Below, in pieces: positions 1 to 9,637 of a DNA stretch of 64,000 nt. Under the pieces are notes generated by a model, which was not told the origin of the DNA, made no database searches, and worked only from the letters and a program-made list of their open reading frames with translations. Position 1 is the stretch's first letter, and every line of letters starts with the position of its first letter. The stretch is from an uncultured Flavonifractor sp. (lineage in GTDB: Bacteria; Bacillota; Clostridia; Oscillospirales; Oscillospiraceae). The stretch covers positions 5,873 to 69,872 of the forward strand of contig CALXEB010000001.1 in assembly GCA_944387215.1 (NCBI GenBank), in the 5' to 3' direction. The translations under genes were made by a program, and so were the position numbers.

Positions 1-141
1 GCCGGCGGAAACGGCATTGGCATATCCGCCGTCGGCACAGAAAACCGTCCAGGCCGCCCCGTCCAGATAAGGGCGCAGGAAGCGCCCGTCCCGCCAGGGG
101 GCCGCGCCGACGATCAGTCCGTGCGTTCTCTCCGCTGCCAT
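1..141 (-). CDS. thiN: Thiamine pyrophosphokinase, N-terminal part (runs off window)
   Basis: Manual translation from ATG at 141 gives MAAERTHGLIVGAAPW...VFCADGGYANAV. It has the ADGG motif and follows rsgA. Confidence 0.75.
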   Translation of the reverse strand, partial: MAAERTHGLIVGAAPWRDGRFLRPYLDGAAWTVFCADGGYANAVSAG

Positions 142-1007
142 TCCGGCACTTCCTTTGCCTGTTGATAAAGCCGCACATAGCTGTCATGGCGGCTTTGGGA
201 GATCTCCCCCGCCTTCACCGCGGCCAGGACGGCGCACCCCTTCTCCTTGATGTGCGCGCATCCAGTGAACCGGCATCGGTCCAGATAGGGGGCAAACTCC
301 CGGAAGGTATGCTGGAGCTCCTCCGGCGGACGAAGCTCCATCTCCTCGGTATCGAAGGAAGAAAAGCCCGGCGTGTCTGCCACGATAGCCCCGGAGGAGA
401 GGCGGTAGAGCTCCACGTGCCGGGTGGTGTGCCGCCCCCTGCCCAGCTTCTCGGAGACCTCCCCCACCTGAAGGCGGAAGCCGGGCTCCAGAGCATTCAG
501 GATACTGGATTTTCCAACGCCGGAATTCCCTGTAAAGGCAGATACCTTGCCAGATATCACTGCGGCCAGCCGGTCGATCCCCTCCCCTGTCTCCGCGCTC
601 ACCCGCAGGGTGGTAAAGCCGGCCCGGAGATAGGTGCGGTAGAGTTCTTCGGCAGCATCCAGATCGCACTTGTTGATGCAGATGACCGGCTCGCATTCCC
701 GCCCCTCGGCAATGGATACCACCCGGTCAATGAGAAAGGGGTCGGTGACCGGCACGGCGCCGGAGGCGATGACCACGAGCTGGTCAATATTCGCCACAGC
801 GGGCCGGCGGAATTGATTTTTTCGGGGCAGGATCTCTTCCAAAATGCCGCTGTCCCCTTCCAGAGGCGTAAAGACCACACGGTCTCCCACCAGAGGGGTG
901 AGCTTCTGGTGGCGGAATTTTCCCCGTCCCCGGCAGGCGATCAGCCGCCCGTCTCCGCCGTCCACATAGTAAAAGCCGCTGAGGCCTTTTAAAATAATGC
1001 CTTCCAT
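114..1007 (-). CDS. rsgA: Ribosome small subunit-dependent GTPase A
   Basis: Circularly permuted GTPase motifs NKCD, GNSGVGKS, GRHTT and DTPG, plus C-terminal Zn motif CRFTGCAHIKEKGC. Confidence 0.97.
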   Translation of the reverse strand: MEGIILKGLSGFYYVDGGDGRLIACRGRGKFRHQKLTPLVGDRVVFTPLEGDSGILEEILPRKNQFRRPAVANIDQLVVIASGAVPVTDPFLIDRVVSIAEGRECEPVICINKCDLDAAEELYRTYLRAGFTTLRVSAETGEGIDRLAAVISGKVSAFTGNSGVGKSSILNALEPGFRLQVGEVSEKLGRGRHTTRHVELYRLSSGAIVADTPGFSSFDTEEMELRPPEELQHTFREFAPYLDRCRFTGCAHIKEKGCAVLAAVKAGEISQSRHDSYVRLYQQAKEVPEWQRRERTD

Positions 1008-1012
1008 CTTAC

Positions 1013-3094
1013 TCAGCTAAAGGGGACCGCCCGGCTCCAGTCCTCTACCCCGTCGATATAGACTGTGACCGTCTGTACGCCGGAACCCCGCACCGGGACC
1101 GTCACCAACTGCATCTGGGTATCCACCACTTCCCGGTATTGCTCCACGCCGTCCACGGTGACGACGACCTCCACCTGGCTGCGGCCGTCCCGGGGCAGAT
1201 CCACCCGGACGCTGCTGGTGACAACCTCGGTCCCGCCGCTGGGCGTGGGCTCCGGCGTGGCGCTGGGCTCAGGGCTGGGCGTAGGCTCCGTGCTGGGATC
1301 AGGCCCCAGGCTCACCCGGAAGCGGATGGAAGTACCCTCCTCCACAGAAGTGCCTTGCTCGATGCTCTGCCAGGTGATGCGCCCGGCCTCCTCGTCGGCG
1401 CTGTATTCCTCAGTGATCTCGGCCACTACCAGGTTCAGGGTGTCCTCCGCAGCGCGCACTGCATCCTCGCGGAGCATACCAACAAAATTGATGACGGTAG
1501 ACATCTCGGGCTCGGGGCCCTGGCTCACCACCAGTTCCACCTGCTCCACGCCCTCCAGGGGGGTATCGGCAGCGGGATCCTGGGAGATGACATAGTTTTT
1601 GCTATACTCCTCAGAGTACTCCTCCCGGATGGTCAGCGTGCCCGCCTCCTGGGAAAAGCCCAGCTGCTCCAGCTCGTTGATCGCCAGGCGGTAGTCCTTG
1701 TCGCGCACGTCAGGCATGGTCTCTCCCTGGGAGGTCTGCAGGCTGCCGTCGCTCACCGTGACGTTGATGGTGGACCCCAGCTCGGCGTTTCGCCCGTTCT
1801 CAGGGGTCTGGTCCACGATCCGCCCGGGTTCCAGGTCGCTGGCCACCGTGCCGCTCTGGACGATCTGGAACTGGCCCGCCTTCACGTCCTCCTGGTCCTG
1901 GGCCTCGGTTATGGTCATGCCATAGAGGTTCGGCACACTGTGCAGATCACTGCTGGAGACGCCCAGCCCGCTGAAAAAGGAGATAAAGAGGAATACGCCC
2001 ACGCCGGCCAGGAAGATGACCACCGCGGCAATGGCCAGGATGACAGGCAGCCGGCTGCCCCGCTCTGTATCGTCGTCGTCATACAGGTCCTCCCGCTCCC
2101 GGCGGCTCGGACGGCGGGAGACGGGCTCCTCTGCCGGGACATGCCGGGCGGCATGGGCAGGCTGGGGCCGCACGGCGTGGGGCGTATTGGCGCCCAGCAC
2201 CTGGGTGGGCTCGTCCTCCCCGGTGACCAGAAGGTCGGCGGAGGTATAATCAAAGTTGATCGAGGGATTTTTGCGGAATTCCTCCAGGTCGGCCAGCATG
2301 GCGTCGGCGGAGATATACCGCTGGTTCACGTCGGAGGCCATGGCCTTCATGGTGATGGCCTCCAGCGCCTCCGGGATCTCCGGGTCGATCTCACGGGGAG
2401 ACAGGGGGATGGAGTTGATGTGCTGGATGGCCACCGCCACCGGGGAATCCCCCTCATAGGGCAGGCGGCCGGTGATCATCTCATAGAGCACCACGCCGGC
2501 GGAATAGATGTCGCTGCGCGCGTCGATGTGGCTGCCCCTGGCCTGCTCGGGGGAGATATAGTGGACCGAGCCCAGGGCCTCCTGGGTCAGGGTGGCCTGG
2601 GCGGCGGAGGTGAGCCGCGCGATACCGAAGTCGGCCACCTTCAGGCTGCCGTCCCGCAGGATCATGATATTGTGGGGCTTGATGTCCCGGTGGATGATGC
2701 CCCGGCTGTGGGCATGGGAGAGGGCCTTCATGATCTGGGTGATGAAATGAAGGGCCTCCCTCCAGGCCAGCTTGCCGCCCTTTTTCTGCATATACTGCTT
2801 GAGGGTGATGCCGTCCAGCAGCTCCATGACGATATAGTCCAGTTCCGCGCTGTGGGACACGTCGTATACCGCCATGATGTTGGGGTGAGAGAGCATGGCC
2901 ACGGCCTGGGACTCGTCGTGGAAGCGCCGGCGGAATTCGGCGTCCTGGGCCAGCTCCTCCTTGAGGATCTTGATGGCCACCAGGCGGTTGAGCCGGTGGT
3001 CCCGGCCCTTGTATACCACGGCCATGCCGCCGGTGCCGATACGCTCCAGGATCTCGTATCGGTTGTCGAGTAATTTCCCTATGTACTGATCCAT
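1013..3094 (-). CDS. prkC: PASTA-domain Ser/Thr protein kinase (PrkC/Stk1)
   Basis: Hanks kinase motifs GTGGMA, HRDIKPHN and DFG, one TM segment, about three PASTA repeats and a Pro/Thr linker. Confidence 0.96.
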   Translation of the reverse strand: MDQYIGKLLDNRYEILERIGTGGMAVVYKGRDHRLNRLVAIKILKEELAQDAEFRRRFHDESQAVAMLSHPNIMAVYDVSHSAELDYIVMELLDGITLKQYMQKKGGKLAWREALHFITQIMKALSHAHSRGIIHRDIKPHNIMILRDGSLKVADFGIARLTSAAQATLTQEALGSVHYISPEQARGSHIDARSDIYSAGVVLYEMITGRLPYEGDSPVAVAIQHINSIPLSPREIDPEIPEALEAITMKAMASDVNQRYISADAMLADLEEFRKNPSINFDYTSADLLVTGEDEPTQVLGANTPHAVRPQPAHAARHVPAEEPVSRRPSRREREDLYDDDDTERGSRLPVILAIAAVVIFLAGVGVFLFISFFSGLGVSSSDLHSVPNLYGMTITEAQDQEDVKAGQFQIVQSGTVASDLEPGRIVDQTPENGRNAELGSTINVTVSDGSLQTSQGETMPDVRDKDYRLAINELEQLGFSQEAGTLTIREEYSEEYSKNYVISQDPAADTPLEGVEQVELVVSQGPEPEMSTVINFVGMLREDAVRAAEDTLNLVVAEITEEYSADEEAGRITWQSIEQGTSVEEGTSIRFRVSLGPDPSTEPTPSPEPSATPEPTPSGGTEVVTSSVRVDLPRDGRSQVEVVVTVDGVEQYREVVDTQMQLVTVPVRGSGVQTVTVYIDGVEDWSRAVPFS

Positions 3095-3109
3095 AGTTCA
3101 TTACCCCCC

Positions 3110-3841
3110 TTAAACGATTTGGAAGAGGACGACCGTCACGTTGTCCGGCGCGCCCCGGGACAGAGCGATGTCCAGCAGCCGCTGGCAGCATTCCTCGCTC
3201 TCTCCCCCGTGGATCACCTCATAGAGGATCTCCTGGTCGGTGACGATATTGCTCAGCCCGTCCGAACACAGCAGCAGGAAGTCGCCGTGCTTCAAGGACC
3301 GCTCATACAGATCGGCCCGGATGTGTTCTTCCGCCCCAAGGGCCCTGGTGATCAGGTTTTTTCTGGGGTGGTTGCGGGCCTGCTCCGGGGTGATATCGCC
3401 CCGGGCCACCATATCCTCCACCACAGAGTGATCCCGGGTCAGGCGGGTGATGCCGTCCCCGTCCAGATGGTAGGCCCGGCTGTCGCCGATGTTCAGCAGG
3501 TAGGCGGTATCCTCCACAATGAGCGCCGCCACCATGGTGGTCCCCATGCCACGGCAGTCCGGATCGGTACAGGCCCGGCGGAACACAGCGGCATTGGCGT
3601 CCGCCGCCGCCCTGTCCAGTGCCGCGGCCGGGGCCGTCTCCTGCTCCGGCCGGAGGTTTTTCAGGGTGTCCACAAAGGTGTCTACCGCGATGAGGCTTGC
3701 GATATTGCCCGCCTTTGCCCCCCCCATCCCGTCGCATACCACGCCTACAGCCAGGTGTTCCGAGGGTACGTCTAAGTAATATCCGTCCTGGTTCTGATTG
3801 CGGATCACCCCTTTATCGGTGACGCCCCATGCATGTATCAT
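3110..3841 (-). CDS. prpC: PP2C-type Ser/Thr phosphatase (Stp1/PrpC)
   Basis: CDGMGG, GTT, NIGDSR, CSDGL and DNVT motifs; immediately upstream of the kinase. Confidence 0.95.
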   Translation of the reverse strand: MIHAWGVTDKGVIRNQNQDGYYLDVPSEHLAVGVVCDGMGGAKAGNIASLIAVDTFVDTLKNLRPEQETAPAAALDRAAADANAAVFRRACTDPDCRGMGTTMVAALIVEDTAYLLNIGDSRAYHLDGDGITRLTRDHSVVEDMVARGDITPEQARNHPRKNLITRALGAEEHIRADLYERSLKHGDFLLLCSDGLSNIVTDQEILYEVIHGGESEECCQRLLDIALSRGAPDNVTVVLFQIV

Positions 3842-3901
3842 CGTGTGACCGCCTCTTTTCCGTGGGGACTCAGGTCCTGTTCCCCTGCTGATAACATTAT
3901 G

Positions 3902-4933
3902 TCAACTTTGCTCTGTCTCAAGAAGACGCTTGCGCCTGAGCTGGCCGCAGGAGGCGTCGATATCCCCTCCCAGCCGCCGGCGCACCGTGACGGTGACACC
4001 GCGGCTCTCCAGCCGCTTCTGAAAGGCCGCAGTCCGCCGGCTGGGCCGCAGAGGACTCTCCGCCACATCGTTGAGCGGGATAAGGTTCACGTGCCCCGGC
4101 GCACCCTTCAGGCGGCGGGCCAGCAGATCCGCCTGCCAGTCGGCGTCGTTCACCCCGTCGATCATGGCGTACTCGTAGGAGATGCGCCGGCCGGTCTTTT
4201 CAAAGTACCGCCGGCAGCAGGCGAAAAGCGTCTCGACCCCCACGCTGCGATTCACCGGCATGATCTGGCTGCGGGTCTCGTCGTCGGGGGCATGGAGGGA
4301 AACTGACAGGGTCAATTGTAACCGATAGTCCGCCAGTTTGTCAATTTTTTCAACCAGGCCGCAGGTGGACAGGGAGATGTGCCGCATGCCGATGTTCAGG
4401 CCCTCCGGGCTGTTCACCAGGTCCAGAAAGCGGAGCACCGTGTCAAAATTGTCCAGGGGCTCCCCAATGCCCATCAGTACGATATTGCTTACCTCCAGGC
4501 CGGAATCCAGCTGGGTGAAGAGCACCTGATCCAGCATCTCCGCCGGCGTCAGATCCCGCACCTTTCCCCCCAGGGTGGAGGCGCAGAAGGCGCACCCCAT
4601 GCGGCAGCCCACCTGAGAGGAGATACACACAGTATTCCCATGGTGATAGCGCATCAAAACCGTCTCGATGCAGTTTCCGTCCCCCAGCCGCCAGAGGTAT
4701 TTGATGGTACCGTCCTGGGCAGAGACCTGTTTGCGCTCCACCTGGGGCGGGCACAGAAGGCAGGAGGACGCCAGCTTTTCCCGCAGGGCCCTGGACAGGT
4801 TGGTCATCTCGTCAAAAGACCGGACCCCCCGGTGAAGCCACTGAAAGACCTGCCTGGCCCGGAAGGCCGGCTCCCCCAGCTCCTTGAAATAGTCGGTCAT
4901 CTCGGTCAGGCTCATGGATTTGATGTCGGTCAT
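3902..4933 (-). CDS. rlmN: 23S rRNA/tRNA adenine C2-methyltransferase (radical SAM)
   Basis: SSQVGCRMGCAFCAS radical SAM motif, MGIGEP and DIDASCGQL. Confidence 0.97.
   Translation of the reverse strand: MTDIKSMSLTEMTDYFKELGEPAFRARQVFQWLHRGVRSFDEMTNLSRALREKLASSCLLCPPQVERKQVSAQDGTIKYLWRLGDGNCIETVLMRYHHGNTVCISSQVGCRMGCAFCASTLGGKVRDLTPAEMLDQVLFTQLDSGLEVSNIVLMGIGEPLDNFDTVLRFLDLVNSPEGLNIGMRHISLSTCGLVEKIDKLADYRLQLTLSVSLHAPDDETRSQIMPVNRSVGVETLFACCRRYFEKTGRRISYEYAMIDGVNDADWQADLLARRLKGAPGHVNLIPLNDVAESPLRPSRRTAAFQKRLESRGVTVTVRRRLGGDIDASCGQLRRKRLLETEQS
4315..4344 (-). promoter_or_regulatory. Intragenic sigma-A promoter inside rlmN, pointing at prpC-prkC
   Basis: Minus strand TTGACA-18 bp-TACAAT within a local AT-rich patch. 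Confidence 0.55.
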
Positions 4934-6243
4934 AGGGTCCTCCTCAGCTTGGCGAAGAAAAAGCCGTCGGTGCCGTGGCGGTGGGGCCAGCAGGTGAGCA
5001 TGCCCCTGCCCGTATCCGCAAATGGACCGGGCACCTGGAAACGCTCTAATGTAAAGTGTTTATTCCTGTCAAGAAATCCAAGCACCACGCCCTCGTTCTC
5101 CCGCTCCAGCAGGGTACAGGTGGCGTAGAGCAGCACGCCGCCGGGGCGGACACACCGGGCCGCGCTGTCCAGAATATCGGCCTGAATCTTGGGCAGATTT
5201 TCCAGCGGCTTTGGATCCTTATAGCGGATGTCCGGCTTTTTGCGGATGATGCCCAGGCCGGAACAGGGCACATCGGCGATCACCAGGTCAAATCTGCCAA
5301 GGAGATCATCCTTACACATCCTGGCGTCCAGAACTTCCGTATGGATACAGCTCAGGCCCAGGCGCCTGGCGCCAGCCTGGATGAGCTGCTGCTTATGGGG
5401 ATGGATGTCACAGGAGAGCACCTCTCCCCTGTCCCCCATGGCCAGGGCCGCTGCAAAGGACTTTCCGCCGGGCGCAGCGCAGGCGTCCAGCACCCGCCAG
5501 CCGGGCTGCGGCGCGGCCGCCAGAACCGACAGGCGGGCGGCTGCGTCCTGAATGTAAAAATGGCCCGTCTGAAATTCGGGCAGCTCCTCCAGGCTGCCGG
5601 TGCGGCGCAGAAGCAGGCAGCCGGGCAGCCAGGGGTGAGGCCCGGCCTCTACCCCCCGGGCGGCCAGGGCAGCGGAAAGGGCCTCCGGCGTGGTCTTCAG
5701 CGTGTTCACCTGAGCGCAGGTGGGTGGCTCCCCATTGTCGGCCGCCAGCAATGCCTCCGCCTCCTCCGCACCCAGCCGCTCTGTAAAGGCGTCCACCAGC
5801 CACTGGGGATGGCTGTATCTTGTGGACAGGTCCGATGGGGACGGCAGCCGGTCCTTCTGGCGGAGCAGATTGCGCAGCACACCGTTTACAAGCCCGGCTG
5901 CCCGGGGATTCCGCGCGTATTTCCGAGCCAGGTCAACCGCCTGGCTGACGGCGGCGTGGCTGGGTACCCTGCTCAGCAGCTGCAGCTGGTAGGCGCCCAG
6001 CCGCAGGACGGCCCGGACCGGGGGCTCCAGCTTCTCCAGGGGGGTGAGGCACAGATCAGACAGCCAGAAATCCAGGAGCATCCGATTCTGGAGCACTCCG
6101 AAGCACAGACGGGTGGCCAGGGCGGCGTCCCGCGCGTCCAGCCCGGCTGCCCGGATGGCCTTTTTCAGATACCCGTCAGACCAGGCGCCCTGTTTTTCGC
6201 ATGCCACCAGCGCCTCCAGGGCAACGCTCCGGGCGGTGACCAT
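4930..6243 (-). CDS. rsmB: 16S rRNA m5C967 methyltransferase
   Basis: NusB-like N-terminus, DACAAPGGKS, DVPCSGLG and YATCT. Start at MVTARS (TGATG overlap with upstream gene). Confidence 0.96.
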   Translation of the reverse strand: MVTARSVALEALVACEKQGAWSDGYLKKAIRAAGLDARDAALATRLCFGVLQNRMLLDFWLSDLCLTPLEKLEPPVRAVLRLGAYQLQLLSRVPSHAAVSQAVDLARKYARNPRAAGLVNGVLRNLLRQKDRLPSPSDLSTRYSHPQWLVDAFTERLGAEEAEALLAADNGEPPTCAQVNTLKTTPEALSAALAARGVEAGPHPWLPGCLLLRRTGSLEELPEFQTGHFYIQDAAARLSVLAAAPQPGWRVLDACAAPGGKSFAAALAMGDRGEVLSCDIHPHKQQLIQAGARRLGLSCIHTEVLDARMCKDDLLGRFDLVIADVPCSGLGIIRKKPDIRYKDPKPLENLPKIQADILDSAARCVRPGGVLLYATCTLLERENEGVVLGFLDRNKHFTLERFQVPGPFADTGRGMLTCWPHRHGTDGFFFAKLRRTL

Positions 6244-6941
6244 CAATTTCTCCTCCGGCCGCCGAAGGCCAGCAGGAAGCGCAGCAGCTGGGCGATGGAT
6301 ACCAGCAGGGCGGCCACATACGTCATGGCGGCCGCAGTGAGCACCTTCCTGGCCCCCCGCAGCTCCTCCTGCTCCAAAAGGCCGGTGTCCCGCAGGCTGG
6401 CCATGGCCCGGCGGGAGGCGTTGAATTCCACCGGCAGGGTGACGACCTGGCCCACCACGGCCACGGCGAACAGGATGACGCCTACGCCGAACAGGGCGGG
6501 GAAATAGAAGATCAATCCCAGTACGATCAGGAGAATGGACAGCTGGGAGCCGATGTTGCACACGGGGATGATGGCAGTACGCAGCTTGATGGGGCCATAG
6601 CCCTGGGCATACTGTACGGCGTGGCCCGCCTCGTGCGCGGCCACGCCAAGGGATGCCACGCTGGTGGAGCCGTACACCCCGTCGGACAGACGGATGACAT
6701 TGCTCCGGGGGTCATAGTGGTCGCTGAGCCGGCCGGCCACCCGCTCGATACGCACATCGTATACCCCGTGGGCCCGAAGCACCGCCTCGGCAGCCTGAGC
6801 GCCGGTAAGGCCGCGGCGGCTTGCCACCCGGGAGTAGCGGTTGAAGGTGGCGGACACATTGAGCTGCGCCAGCAGGGCAATGAGCATGGCAGGCACCAGA
6901 ATCATCCAATAATAGGGGTCGTAGTAGTAGAAGAACGGCAT
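6243..6941 (-). CDS. YugP-like membrane zinc metallopeptidase
   Basis: LSDHYDP, AAHEAGHAVQ, TLPVEFNASRRA and AAAMTYVA. Confidence 0.9.
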   Translation of the reverse strand: MPFFYYYDPYYWMILVPAMLIALLAQLNVSATFNRYSRVASRRGLTGAQAAEAVLRAHGVYDVRIERVAGRLSDHYDPRSNVIRLSDGVYGSTSVASLGVAAHEAGHAVQYAQGYGPIKLRTAIIPVCNIGSQLSILLIVLGLIFYFPALFGVGVILFAVAVVGQVVTLPVEFNASRRAMASLRDTGLLEQEELRGARKVLTAAAMTYVAALLVSIAQLLRFLLAFGGRRRN

Positions 6942-6953
6942 AACGGGCCTCCT

Positions 6954-8204
6954 TTACATGATCTGCCCGCCGGTCAGATAGCCCGCCAGGTTCCAGAGGA
7001 ACCCGACGGCCATCCCGGCGGCGAACAGCACGGACAGCCAGCGGCGTTTTTCCGTCAGAGCCGCCGCAAAGAGGAAAAAGGGCAGGGCACAGGAGAGATA
7101 CCGCCCCGCGCTGAGCAGCCAGGACAGGGAGTAGTTGAGCGTCAGGCAGGCAAAGGCATAGAGGGTATACATGCTCCGAAAACGCTTCCCCGCCCACCAC
7201 AGCAGAGCAAAAAAGAGCGGGAACATCAGAATGGTGGGGATCCAGATCTCAAAGCGCACAGACACGGTGGGATAATGCAGGGCGTTCTCCAGCACGTACC
7301 ACAGGGTATCGGAGATCCAGCAGAAGCCCTGGCTCCAGTGCTTCTGCATCTCGGTAAAGGCAAAGGGGTCCCCTGTGATGTACCAGTTCAAGGTCAGGTA
7401 TCCGGCGGTGCCCAGGACTGGAAGCAGCAGGGCGGGCAGCCTGCGGAAGATCTCCCGCCAGCGGAAGCCGCCCAGGTGCTCCACCAGTTCCGCCCCCGCC
7501 GCCCCGATCAGGAGCAGTCCGTGCATCCGGGTCAGGGCGGCCAGGACGCCCCACACTCCCGCCGCCCACCAGCGGTGCCGGCGGATCTGCCACAGGGCGG
7601 CGGACGTGGTGAGGAAAAAGAGGCTCTCCGTCATGACCCCGCCGAAGAAGAAGGCATAGGGAAACAGGGAGAGAAAGATCACCGCCCGGCGGGCGGCCCC
7701 CTCCCCCAGCTCCCACGCGGCCAGCTTGTAGAGATAGACGCAGCCGCCCGCATAGCACAGGAAGGACACCAGCAGCCCCGCCGCCATAGTATTGCCGGTC
7801 AGCAGGGAAACCAACCGCACCAGCCAGGGATACAGGGGAAAGAACACCAGGAACAGATGTTGGCCGTTTTCGATGTACCCGCCGTAGCCCAGTTCCGCCA
7901 GATTCACGTAGTGCAGGGCGTCCCACCTTTTCCAGATCTCCAGGGCCCAGCCGGCCCCCGCGTTCGGAGAGAGGACCAGGCAGGCGTAGGCGGCCACGGC
8001 CAAAAAGACCACCAGGCGGAACAGCAGCGCGGCGGCAAACACGCCCGCGCAGGTCCTGTGGCCCGGTTCCACCCTTCCGGAAGCCGGACAGGGCCGGTAC
8101 CCGGGTACCGGCAGGCCGGCGCTCCCCAGCCATCGAAGCACCAGGATCAGGCCCAGCGCGACCACGAACCCGGAGAGCGCAACGGTCCAGATCAGCTTGG
8201 CCAT
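6954..8204 (-). CDS. Multi-pass GT-C glycosyltransferase (PIG-V/mannosyltransferase-like)
   Basis: WKRWDALHYVNLAELGY, FFPLYP, MTESLF, LTRMHG and SAGRY motifs with many hydrophobic segments. Confidence 0.75.
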   Translation of the reverse strand: MAKLIWTVALSGFVVALGLILVLRWLGSAGLPVPGYRPCPASGRVEPGHRTCAGVFAAALLFRLVVFLAVAAYACLVLSPNAGAGWALEIWKRWDALHYVNLAELGYGGYIENGQHLFLVFFPLYPWLVRLVSLLTGNTMAAGLLVSFLCYAGGCVYLYKLAAWELGEGAARRAVIFLSLFPYAFFFGGVMTESLFFLTTSAALWQIRRHRWWAAGVWGVLAALTRMHGLLLIGAAGAELVEHLGGFRWREIFRRLPALLLPVLGTAGYLTLNWYITGDPFAFTEMQKHWSQGFCWISDTLWYVLENALHYPTVSVRFEIWIPTILMFPLFFALLWWAGKRFRSMYTLYAFACLTLNYSLSWLLSAGRYLSCALPFFLFAAALTEKRRWLSVLFAAGMAVGFLWNLAGYLTGGQIM

Positions 8205-8210
8205 AGCCGC

Positions 8211-9128
8211 TTACAGCGTGATGGGATGGCCGCGGAGATAGTCGGCGGACTTCATTCGTCTGCCTCCGTCCGGCTGAAGTTCAGTGATGCGCAGCACGGT
8301 GCCCCCGCCGCAGGCCAGATCGATCCCTTCCTTGCCGGCCGCCAGAATGGCGCCGGGCGCGGCGGCGGTATGGTCATTCAGAACGACAGATGAAAACACT
8401 TTACACCGATTGCCGCTCAATGTTGTCACCGCAGCGGGCCAGGGCAGCAGGCCCCGGATCTGATCGTGAAGCTGCGCCGCGGTGCGGTCAAAATCCATGG
8501 CGGAGAGATCCTTGGACAGCATGGGCGCCAGGGTGGCCTGCCCGTGATCCTGGGCGGTCCGGGGCGCGGTGCCGGCGGCGATTTGGCCTACCGTCTCCAC
8601 CAGCAGTTCTCCGCCCAGTTCCGCCAGCCGGGCATAGAGCTCCGGCGCGGTCTCCTCCGGGCCGATGGGGGTGGCCCGCTGGGCGATGATGTCCCCGGCG
8701 TCCAGGTCGTGGGCCATGTGCATGATGGTGACCCCGGTCTCCTTTTCCCCGTTGAGGATGGCCCAGTTGATGGGGGCGGCCCCCCGGTATTTCGGCAGCA
8801 GGGAGGAATGAACGTTGATGCAGCCTTTTTCCGGCGCCGCCAGGATCTCGTCGGGCAGGATGCGGCCGTAGGCCGCCACCACGATCAGCTCCGGGGCCAG
8901 TTCATGAATGAGCGCCAGGGCCGAGCCGTCCCGCAGCTTCACCGGCTGGTAGACCGGGATGCCGTGGGCCTGGGCGCAGAGCTTTACCGGGGGCGGCTGG
9001 AGCTTCATGCCGCGGTTTTTGGGCTTGTCCGGCTGGGTGAAGGCTCCGCAGACGTCATGCCCCGCGGCGACCAGCGCCTCCAGGGACGGGACGGCGAAGT
9101 CGGGGGTACCCATGAAGAGGATCCTCAT
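8211..9128 (-). CDS. fmt: Methionyl-tRNA formyltransferase
   Basis: FMGTPDFA and INVHSSLLPKYRGAAPI. Confidence 0.97.
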   Translation of the reverse strand: MRILFMGTPDFAVPSLEALVAAGHDVCGAFTQPDKPKNRGMKLQPPPVKLCAQAHGIPVYQPVKLRDGSALALIHELAPELIVVAAYGRILPDEILAAPEKGCINVHSSLLPKYRGAAPINWAILNGEKETGVTIMHMAHDLDAGDIIAQRATPIGPEETAPELYARLAELGGELLVETVGQIAAGTAPRTAQDHGQATLAPMLSKDLSAMDFDRTAAQLHDQIRGLLPWPAAVTTLSGNRCKVFSSVVLNDHTAAAPGAILAAGKEGIDLACGGGTVLRITELQPDGGRRMKSADYLRGHPITL

Positions 9129-9625
9129 TTCCCATCCTCCTCCTGGGCCTGGAGCAGCTCGTCCAGCTCCTCATTGGTATAGAGGCGGTCGCAGTGTTCG
9201 GTAAAGATGTGGCCGTCCAGGTGCTCGATCTCATGGCAGAAGCAGCGGGCCACGATCTCCTCCCCTTCCACTTCAAAGAAATCTCCGTTGCGGTCCTGGG
9301 CGCGCACCCTGGCCTTCATGGGCCGCTTGACGATCCCCCAGCGGCCGGGAACGGACAGGCAGCCCTCAAAGCCGTCCTGTTCGCCCTCCTGGGCGATGAG
9401 CTCCGGGTTTACCAGCTCCAGCATTTCTTCATTGGCGTCCACGACCACCACCACCCGGCGGAGGATGCCCACCTGGGGCGCGGCCAGGCCGGCGCCGTTG
9501 GCGTGGGCGAGGGTCTCCTTCAGGTCGTCCAGCAGGTCGTGAAGCCTTGCGTCAAAATTGGTCACCGGGCGGCATGCCTTGTGCAGCGCCGGGTCCTGAT
9601 CTGTGAGAATGGTGCGCAGTGCCAT
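9125..9625 (-). CDS. def: Peptide deformylase
   Basis: GAGLAAPQVG, EGCLS and HEIEHLDG. Confidence 0.97.
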   Translation of the reverse strand: MALRTILTDQDPALHKACRPVTNFDARLHDLLDDLKETLAHANGAGLAAPQVGILRRVVVVVDANEEMLELVNPELIAQEGEQDGFEGCLSVPGRWGIVKRPMKARVRAQDRNGDFFEVEGEEIVARCFCHEIEHLDGHIFTEHCDRLYTNEELDELLQAQEEDGK

Positions 9626-9637
9626 GTCTATTTCCTC

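Noticed and set aside
5045-5075. TTGACA in an AT-rich patch of rsmB as an internal promoter
   Set aside because: No acceptable -10 at 16-18 bp spacing.
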